NCBI GenBank assembly: GCA_002269645.1
Contig: NIVC01001044.1
Span: 34,641-98,640, forward strand
Reading direction: 5' to 3'
Origin: Macrostomum lignano
Lineage: Eukaryota
Length of the DNA stretch: 64,000 bases
Positions 12,515 to 22,548 of the stretch are shown here, piece after piece. The position numbers and the translations under genes were made by a program. Below the pieces are notes generated by a model. It worked only from the letters and a program-made list of their open reading frames with translations. It was not told the origin of the DNA and ran no database searches. Positions within the stretch are counted from its first letter, which is position 1, and each line of letters opens with the position of its first letter.

Positions 12515-14192
12515 GCTCAAAATTCTATGTAGCAATTCAGCATGAAAATTAGATTGAATTGCTATATTGTCATATTATATTGTCAAGTCTAAATGCTGTG
12601 TCATCTGATTAGTATTATATTTGTTTTTGGCTAGGCATTTTTGCAGCTTACTTTAGCTACTTTAGTTAATTTTAGAAAAAAATAAGAATTTTATACCTGG
12701 CCAAATACAATAGCCAGCCAATCTTTTATCAAGCTAGCAGCATATGCCAACAAGATTGCTGAAAAATCACTGAAGCAACAATGACAAAAGTAAAAATTAT
12801 ATTAAGAAAACCTTATTCTTGTGTTTTAAAAGTCTTATGCTTAAAATAAGAAAGACATTTTTCAAAATTTTTCATTAAACTCTAGCCTTAAATAGCACAA
12901 ATTTAAGTTTAGCTAACAATTCTTGAAGATTGCCCATGCCTTAATCATAGAGAAAAGTGGCTTTGACTTAGAATATGGCATTAACTAAACTGAATATACA
13001 TCTACTGAATAAACAATAGAATAGACAAACTGAATTAACATAGACTGAATAGAGCATAGCATCCATAGTCAAGAATATAGCCTTTTAGGAACAAAATTCT
13101 GACACAAAAGAGGGTTAGACATATACCATGCCATTGCATTCCAGTTCAATAGCAGGCAAAAGGGGGAAATCTAGAATAGTATGAGTATGATATAAGTCAA
13201 AACTTTGACACAAATTGGTATAAGACAAAAACTTTTAGAAAGATAGTATTTTTGTAGATGGAAACTTAGCATATTTTTGTTTACTAGTATACTGATAGCT
13301 TTTTTAATTAAAATCTTAATATTCTATGAAAAAGATTTAAATATAAGTTTTACTAGCATTTTTTAAATGGAAAATACAGATTTTTGTTTTGTGTTTTTTT
13401 TCATAAAAGTTCTAGCACACGGCACAAGCAGACTTATTTGATAGCAATACTATTCCAAATAGTTCAACTGCACATTGCAATCAGTTTTTTGACAGAATTT
13501 GCTCTGGCACAGATATACCATGATCTTGATTGACTATACTATCACATCTATAGGACCATGTTAAGGAAAATGGCCTTTTTGCTTAAAAGTTCTAGCATGC
13601 AATATTAGCCCTTTAGTTTATTGATGTGTTTATTTGGCATGCAAAGTTCTTTGAAAATAAGTAAATATATATTCTAGTTTTTATAACAAAAGGTAGAACA
13701 TTTTAAAGAAAAAAGTTGTAATTAAGAGATAATAGGAGTGCAAATGAAAATAATAATAATACTGATTGAATGTGATAATTTTATTTTAAAGAATTTAGCT
13801 ACTTGAACTTTATGCAACCCATAGTCAGGAAAATGGCTTTTTTCCCAAAAAAATCCAGTGCAAAAGTGGGTTGGACATTCGCAGTGTTGGGCAAAGTTCC
13901 GGCACTTCTAGCACTTTTAGTACCAGAAGTAATTTTTTTAAAGCGGCACTTTTTTCTGGTTCTTTTTTTTAAATGCTGGACTTTGGTAATGGAAGTTACT
14001 TTTTGATAAAGTCCAGTCCTCCAGTACTTGAACATGAAATTTTAGGTGCCAAACAGTCAATTTAGCACTAAATATTTCCCAAAAGCACAAAACCTCTTCC
14101 AAAACACTTGTAGTACAATTATAAAAAGGTAAAAAAAAGATTATCCTAGATCATGTGGTTTTTACATTTTTTAAGTTAAAGCATGTTTTAAG

Positions 14193-14449
14193 CATACATG
14201 CGCAACTGCTGGCCGACCTGGCTGATCTGGCCACCATAAATTGTGGTGGACCAAGGGTAAGTCGCAAAAAAGCCCAGCCTAAAGAATACAGACGTAGTAC
14301 TAATTAGATGACGAGGCATTTAGCCCTTATAAGACAGTTATAGTTACTCTTGCCGTTTACCTAATCGGGTTTCTTTTAAAGGTAAGTCGCATTTTGGTCA
14401 AAAAGTAAGTTGCATGGCCAGTGTAAATCAGGGGGGTTGCGCATGTATG
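14193..14449. mobile_element. ~257-bp MITE with perfect 14-bp TIR CATACATGCGCAAC
   Basis: catacatgcgcaac (14193-14206) and gttgcgcatgtatg (14436-14449), flanked by the direct repeat ttttaag (14186-14192 / 14450-14456); 8 bp if the boundary is shifted by one. Confidence 0.8.
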
Positions 14450-16899
14450 TTTTAAGCATCATATAGAATCATAGAATGAAGTAATTAAATTGGTAATTAC
14501 TAATACTGAAACAAGAAAAATTCAAATTCAACACAATAAACATCCTTGTTTAACAACTCCTTGCATGTTTTCTAACAAGCATAACTAGCAGTACATCATG
14601 ATGCTACACTTGTGATTCCTGGAACATTTTTTGAAGGCCAATTTCTTCATTTTGATGTTCATGCAAGACAACACAAGTGATATATTCTTGAAGGTTTTGA
14701 GTTTTAACTCATTTGAGGCTAATATTCATTTTCTAATTGCAGCACAAGGCACTATAATCAAGTTATGTTAAAGTGTTACACATTGGTCTATCTATCAAAT
14801 TCCAGCCATTTGTTATCTTGGTATCTTTTTTGTTAATTGTTAACTGGCATTTCTAAGGCTGCCAGAATATGATTATTGATTCTAAATGAGTCAACAAAAC
14901 AAAAGTATACTAATTACACCAACTATAAAAATATAGCTGCTGTAGAGCTACAGCACAATACTATATATAGTAGGGTGACAAGAGAATGGCCCATACAAAC
15001 TAAGAGTCACCTGAAGTACAGTATTCTACAAGCTGATCATTGTGACACATCTATTTCCATATATACTTCTAGAGTCAGAATCAATGTTCGAAAATTAGCC
15101 TCCAAATTTTTATGTGAATCATCCTTATGTACTGCTAATCTTTGTTTTAAAGGTGTTATTTATTCATTTAAATTTTGGATGCAATAATAACAAAAAACAA
15201 TATATAGCATCTTTATTTGAGAAATAACATTATATTTAACTCTAGACAAATACATGTTTTTGTTTTTCCTCATGAAGACATATTTAAATACTTTTTAGAA
15301 ATTCAAATGTTTTGTATTTGGAAATTTTATTTTCCAAATTTCCAAATGTGCTTCCGAATATGAAAAAAAAAACCAAAACAAAATTATGCTAACATAAAAA
15401 AATACAACTTTTTGAAAAGAAAGCCAATTAAAAAATGAGAACGCAAAATTTAATGTAATATTGTTCATTTTTACAATTGTCTGTTTTGCAATAATGTATA
15501 TTATTAAAAAGTGTTAATAAGTAAAGTTACTTAACTTTGGAACCTTTGAGGCATTCAACCTAAAGTTGCAGAAACATTTAATTGCAGTAATCATTGTTTA
15601 AGTGTAATCATCACTTTTTTTCAAAATGCAAATGCAATGGACTTTATGCACTATACACAGTAAAGTTTTCAAATTGCACAAACGCAATGTCAGTTAGTAT
15701 TAGTAATTGGAATTAGTTAGATTAGATACATAAGAATTGAGTACAATTCTAAGTTTCACTCAATACAGATACTAGATAGATATAGTATAAGCCCTAGATT
15801 AGATTGAATCTTGTCAATAAATTAATGTACAGTGCTTACTAATACGATTACTAATTAGATGACAAAACATTTTTGTCACTACAAGATGTCATAGTTACTC
15901 CCGCCGTGTACCTTTTACTTTTGTCTGCATTTGGAAACACATTTTGATATTTGGATTCGGATTTGGAATTTTTTTGTACATTAGGATTCGGTTTCGGAAA
16001 CTTGCAAAAATCTACATTCAGTCCGTCACTTATCAAAGTACTGATACCAAAACCCACACTCAAGAAGGTATACATTATAGTAGAAAATTATGGCACATAT
16101 CAACGAAAAATGTATACAAAGTGGCGCACATGGTGCACAACAAAGGCTTAGTAGAAATTTTTAGCGCACAGTGGCACATAGCAAAACCTGATAAGAAAAA
16201 TTTAGCTGACAAGTGACAATGAGTCACCTAAATTTATAATCTGCATATGCAGTACATAAAATATGGTTGAAGATTACACTTTTTCTAAGCATATTAATTA
16301 AAAAATTGTTTCTTGGTAAGTAAAATGAATTATAAAATTCAAAATTAGATATTACTATAAAGTTCAAGCTAATTCTTTTGATAATTTTCTACGTGAGCTA
16401 AAATAAAGCAAAATGTTTGAGTTAAAAAAAAGCCTACCAAGGTACAAAAATTTATCTGTTTTTTTAGTTTTGTTTTAATTCGACTTTTACCAAGTTTTTA
16501 GTGCTACAATGCATTAGTACTCTAGCTATGTATTTGTCAGTAAACAAATGTTAACCTTGGTGCACAAATTCATATTTTGTTTTACCCACAGTGCACATTC
16601 CAAAAATATATTGAAATATATTCCTGCACACATGTGACACCTTCCTAAGTATAGACCAGAACAAGTGCTAGAAGTTACTTTCTTTGGAATAGGAAGTTAC
16701 TTAACCGGAAGTTATTTTTTCCAGGGTGCCAGCGCATTTTGAGAAAGTAAAATAAAGGAGACTATTTGACTGATCCCAAAATAAAGGAGATTTAATTTGG
16801 TAATGTAACAATGATAGGCAATGTCTGTCTAAGGCATGTATAGGCAAACTCTGGCCTCTTGCCTCTGCATCACTATGTCATTTGGGTACTCTGAAACTT

Positions 16900-17290
16900 C
16901 TATCTTTTTTCTGTTTCCTCTCTTCTCTCTCTCTCCTTTTATCTTTTTTCTTTTCTTCCCATTCTCCTATCCTATCTACTCTCTTCTCTTGCTCATCTAT
17001 ATTTTTTTTCTACTCTTTCCTGTATCCACTCTGGGCTCTCTTATCTTTCTCATCTCTTTTCTTTTATCTCTTCTTTCTTTCATCTTATCTCTCCTCTCTC
17101 TTCTTCTCTCTCTTATTTGCATCTTTTCCCCTCTATTATCCTCGCACTCCTCTTTCCCTTTTCCTTTTCTCTGCCTTCTCTTTCTCTCCTTACCCTCCTG
17201 TCTCCTCCTATACAAGCCTATTTTATCTATTCTCTTATCCTTTCTCTCAACTCTCTTTCTTTTATTGTCTATTCATTCTCTTTTCCACTT
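16900..17290. repeat. CT-rich low-complexity tract
   Basis: Almost purine-free pyrimidine run; explains the F/L/S-rich pseudo-ORFs 16836-17313. Confidence 0.8.
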
Positions 17291-19748
17291 GCATCTGCCC
17301 CTGTAGCCATTAGCTGGATTTTTTATCTGGCCTTTGAGATAAAAACTGCCAATTTGCTAAGAATTTCCTTCCAAAATATCATCTTCAGGAATATGGCCTA
17401 AAATGAATCTGCTGAAATTTTGTTCAATGTTCATTAAAGTGACTTCACTAAATTAATGTTCCAAATAAAGGCCTAACCTAATTTTGGCATACTGCATTCT
17501 GGAAAAGGCATTAAAAATTAACTAGACCTAATTAGGTCTAGCTAGCTAGATAGATATTTCAAACTAACACAGGCAAAATGATCATACAGCATGCACCTTG
17601 GCTTGAGTTAGGTGAAATGGTCAAAAATGATACTTACGACTGGGTGTTAAATAATATTGATTGTTATTAAACAGGACTATATAACATAGTACTGTACTAC
17701 TGTTACTGTATAGTGTATATATATTCAATTTATACTAGGCTAACCTAAACTAAACATGCTAACAGATAGGCACCCAACCATAACAATAGTGCCTCTAGAG
17801 TGCACACAGGGACGATGCCCTAGCCCCTGGGCATGAACATACTGTCACTAACAAGTGCACAACAATAGAAGTAAGTGTCTATGTCTAGGACGAGCACTGA
17901 GCAGCAACGATGTGAAATTTTAAAACAAAATCGTAGAATTTTGGTAAAATTCTACTGTTAATTTTTTTTACTTTTTTTAACAAAATGTAAACTCTTTTTT
18001 AAATATTGATTTACTAATATATAGTATTGAGAGGTAAAATTATTTAAAATAAAAATAAATTGTTATTTAAATATATTAAGAAAACTAACTCGAATCAACA
18101 CTATCTTCCGGAAGCCAATGCCTCACAAAATGTTCAACAGGTGGTTTCCGTTTTATTCTTCCAGCCCTAACTACCATTAAAATTATCTAATTTTTATATT
18201 GGTTTTTATTTAACAGTATGGACACCTTAGTCGTATTTATATGTCCGGACTACTAAAGAGAAGGACCAACACTCAAAATCTAATGGAAAATGTTTTGAAG
18301 GCCACTGTTCCAAACAATTTCACTTTTGAATGGATGCACGGGAACATTAGAAATGTATACTCCTTTAAGAATAAAATACCATTCGCGGCTTTGGCTAAAT
18401 CTAATTTTTTTTAATTTACTTTTTCAAGGCAGACAACCCATTTTTTCAACAAGGTGTGCCATTACTATGTACTATCTACATATAAAATTAGTGCAAACTG
18501 ATTGCCTATATATGAGACTGCTTCAGCAAGTTTTATCGTTCTAGTGATCGTATAGTCGCTGCAGGATGAGCAATTAAGAAGCACCTTGCGCTTGTAGTGG
18601 TGCATATAGTTTTGCTACAGCAGTAATTATTATGATCGTGTCAAGCTCTTGGTTCATATAGCTGCTATTACATGTAGTTAAAGGCCTGTCTGGTAGGAGC
18701 GCGGAAACATTTCACCCAGCTGGTTTCGAGAGCTTTTACATGTAGATGCAGCAGATAGGGCCTAGTGTACGGAGTTAGCTGAAGTTGTCCAAATTGTTGA
18801 GACGGCACATACATGTACTACATGTATCAGGCAGGGCATCTCAATCTACATGCATATCCGACTTCTTCCGCGCGGCCCGGACTTACGACAGAAAGAATTG
18901 AGGCAGCAAATGCAAGCTAGGGCACTCGCCGTGCGTTTATTTCGATTCCGACTTGTACTACATGTGATTTTTGTTACTGATCATGCTACTTCAAGATGCA
19001 TGAAGCGTACGTGAAGAATACGGATCGTTTAGAGCCCTCATAGAGCTGTCACTATGCTGACGCTGCAGCTTGCCTGCACTGCAGGGGCTGCTGAATTTTA
19101 ATTGTGCTGCACGCCGTTTGTAGAACGTAAGGTAGCTAGTCAGGCATGTTTTGTGACCCCGTTTATTCTTGCTTTTGCTCTTCATCGATCCCGAGCATTG
19201 ATTTTGAATATCTAATAGTACAGTGTTATTTACCACCTATTTAAAACATGTACATGTACATCTGTCTTCTTGTAGGGCACAAGCTGTGAACGAAAGAGCT
19301 GCTGTGCTGCTATGGCACCATGCATATACTACTCTAGCTGGATTGCCAAACTTTTCATGACTACATGTACTCCTGTGTTTTGTAAATTCAAGGCTCAAGC
19401 CAACCGTTAAATGAATGAAAAGCAGAACTAAAAAGCGTCAAGCTTTTACGTTGACTTTGCAGCCGCATATATAAGAGCTACTCGGTAAAAGCTGGCATCC
19501 TGAACCCATATTGTAGTGCTGCAATAACTTAGGCTTTTATTTTTGCAAGCTCGCATCGATTTTGAAGATTTTTGTCTTCACGATCAATATAGCTAAAAGC
19601 TTTCAAACAATAGTAAAATTGACATTTCAAAAGACCAATACACAACTGGATTCTAGTATAAAAACTCCAGTTAGAAAGGAAATGAAAGAAATCGCTTCTC
19701 CATCAGTTCGCTTCCCAGAAAATACGCATTGGTCGGCATCCGATTTAA

Positions 19749-20973
19749 ATGTCCAAGCTGGAATTAAAAACGTTCTGTACGTCTGCAGCTGCCTGCGTTG
19801 CCATGCTTATTCTCATTGAGATATTTTTTAAAATCCGCTACGCTTCAGCTGCAAATATCCAGTTTAAAAAGACTAAACTTTGCCCAGCTTCTGAGCAGAT
19901 ACGGCAGATGAAGCTGAGCAGTAAAATCCAGTGCGCCGCTGCGTGCAGCGCTGATAAGCTTTGCGACGCGTTTCATTTCGACAGGATAAGCCGGATCTGC
20001 TACATTGGAGACGCCTGCGCAAATAAAATGCTGTGGACTGCTGGAGCATGCGACTCGCACGTGTACTATCCAGGCCATGTTGTCAGCAATGTGAAGGGTA
20101 AGTGCATCGCATATTTCAAGTACTGTACAACTGCATGAATCGCTTACACTCTCGGACACTCATTTTACTCAGACGGAAAATCGACATTCTTCAAGCGCCT
20201 ACAGCTGCTGCTGTTTTACCGGTTCAAGAAGAATGGTTTGGTGAACGAGGTGGACTCGAGGCGATTCTGTTTGAAAGCGCACGATGTGACAGTCGGCAGT
20301 GACGGAGCCGGGTTCAAGGGCAGCCCGAGTTCTTACCTGAGCGCGGAGACTCCAGGATTTAATGAATACCTCGACTATGGGAAGAGTTACTCGTTTTACC
20401 TTCTGGTTCGGCATGTCATGGATTGCGAGTACGTTGCCTTCTAATTAATTAATAGGTTACTGTTCAAATTTACAGTATGCATGAACGTTGAGTCAACTAC
20501 ATGTATGAATTCCAAAACTGCCAATAAATTTCAGGTATCAATACTATCATTCGTTCTGGAGCTGTGGCAGCTCTCCTGAAAGAAGCAATTCATTTGCTAA
20601 GCGTTCGAACTTCATATACGGCTATTCGTACTGGACTCAGGGCGACTACAAGAGGTTCCTGGCCGAGTCTGAGACTTTCCTGCCTGAGACCACTCAGCCA
20701 GCCCTGCTGTCTGTCGGTTGCGCTTACAACAGAACTGCCTACCAGCACTTCTACTTTAACGGCTCGGTGTATGACAACTTCAAGAAGGCTCATCCGATGC
20801 AACCGGGAGCTTCAGTTAATCCATCTAGTTTTGACTGTCTAAAACTGGGATATTCTCCAGACTCCTCTATCAGTCTAAATGGCTCTCTTTACTGCTATGG
20901 CATGAGCTCGAAAATATTGAATCAGGAAGAGTTCAAAGAGCTGGAGGACTTCTGCACCAACACTAGTGATTAA
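19749..20973 (+). CDS. Secreted PAN/Apple-domain + probable ConA/LamG-like beta-sandwich protein, paralog A; exons 19749-20097, 20173-20428, 20535-20973 (347 aa)
   Basis: Hydrophobic N-terminus, PAN Cys pattern (LCP...IQCAAACSADKLCDAFHF...CY), GT-AG introns of phase 1 and 2 giving an open 1044-nt CDS; collinear with paralog B. The identity of the second domain is inferred. Confidence 0.75.
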
Positions 20974-21161
20974 CAAGCGATGAGGACTGAGATTGAAAAG
21001 TGAATCTCTAACTCGTGTTATCGCAAAGAAATTGCATGATCTAAAAAATTGTGTTTCTCCTGCTCTTGATTTTCTTTCTGACATATCACCAGATCTGCTT
21101 GCTTTTGTCTTGCACGGGACTTGGATTTCCTTGAATTATCCTCGCGCAGAATTTTCTATTT

Positions 21162-21810
21162 TGTGACAGTGTGATTCGTAGAATCGCGTGTATCGTATTT
21201 CTTTATTTTCATATGCATACCGTATTCTTTCATTTATTTTAACAATATTCGTACGTATTATTATCGCGCTATTTTTACTGTTAATTGCTTTGTTTTTTGT
21301 AGCCTCTTATGTATTTATTCTATTATTTGTATTTCATTCATATCGTTATTATTTATCGTAAAGTAGTCCTACCTATGTACATGTGCTGACGTATGTTATT
21401 CTTGTATGATATATTTATCGATTAATTTGTACATGTACATTTCACCTGAGTGGGGTTTGTCTGGTTTTTGGATTAAGCTTGTTGTTATCTTGTTTACTCA
21501 CCAATTATAAAAATACACTTGCAGTCAGCGGCCGCTCTATCCTTTTGCTTCGTTGCTTCGCTTCTCGCTCTAAGCTTGCGGGTCCCTTAGCTGTCTGGCC
21601 TCTTTACCTTAACCCTCTACCGCCTGCCTCAGCCCACCCACCAGTCAACTGAATCCTGACCGGCCCTTGCTAGGCGCATCAAATTAAGTACCTAACCAAA
21701 CATACTAAATCTGCGATTTCACGCTAAGGATAAAATCGGCTGCTGATCTGCTGGTTCGTAGACTAATCCCAATTATCCGCTACACAAAGTCTTCCGCTTT
21801 ATTCGTCACA
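21162..21810 (+). repeat. 5' LTR of the Gypsy element
   Basis: tgtgacagtg...attcgtcaca; candidate TATA box tataaaa at 21506-21512. Confidence 0.97.
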
Positions 21811-21816
21811 TAAATT

Positions 21817-21833
21817 TGGAGGTCCCACCGAGA
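21817..21833 (+). promoter_or_regulatory. Primer-binding site complementary to the tRNA-Gln 3' end
   Basis: TGGAGGTCCCACCGAGA is the reverse complement of TCTCGGTGGGACCT-CCA, the recalled 3' end of metazoan tRNA-Gln; 6 nt downstream of the 5' LTR. Confidence 0.8.
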
Positions 21834-21900
21834 CTCAACTCGACCCGCACGGCTCCTCGGAGGTCTTAGATCACCCATCTGCCTATTTGCGTTGTTATTT

Positions 21901-22190
21901 GTGGCGATCTGCAACGTTCTGCGACGATCTGCGACGATCTGCGACGATCTGCGGCGATCTGCGACGATCTGCGGCGATCTGTGGCGATCTGCGACGATCT
22001 GCGGCGATCTGCGACGATCTGCGGCGATCTGCGACGATCTGCGGCGATCTGTGGCGATCTGCGACGATCTGCGGCGATCTGCGACGATCTGTGGCGATCT
22101 GCGACGTTCTGCGGCGATCTGCGACGATCTGCGGCGATCTGAGACGATCTGCGGCGATCTGCAGCGACCTGCGACGATTTCTGGCGATCC
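21901..22190. repeat. 10-bp tandem repeat (gcg[a/g]cgatct), ~29 copies, in the retrotransposon 5' leader
   Basis: Directly visible; CpG- and GATC-rich. Confidence 0.95.
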
Positions 22191-22548
22191 GCGGTGAGCT
22201 GAGGCAATCTGCTATCTGCAAGTGGCCCAAAGACGATCTACATCGGCCGGAGCGATCTGCACATCGGCCGAGACGCAGTCTGCATCCGCCAGAGGCCATC
22301 TACGACTTCCGAGCGACGATACCAGCTAAGCCCGCAATCACGTTTCGTAAACCGGTATGAATCCCTCTGTGTGTGTCTTTTAGGGCTCTTGTCTGGCAGG
22401 TTAGCATTTGGTTTGCGTGATTTTAGTTTAGATTCTTTAGGTTGGGCATTAGGTCCTGCCAGACACTGTGTGCTTTTGCTTTTGTTCTTCTCTCGTTTTC
22501 CGCTTTCTCTCTCTTTCTTGCTGCCTTCTCTTCGTTGCCGAGCCGATC

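Noticed and set aside
13380-14030. Scattered similar motifs (aaagttctagca, ggaaaatggc, gaagttact) suggesting a DNA transposon
   Set aside because: Could not define termini, TIRs or a TSD by eye.
16836-17401. Hydrophobic multi-TM-looking ORFs (143-156 aa)
   Set aside because: CT-rich low-complexity DNA yields F/L/S runs; no splice or domain support.
21866-22360. ORFs on both strands in the retrotransposon leader (RRSATICDDL / QIAADRRR)
   Set aside because: Translation of the 10-bp tandem repeat.
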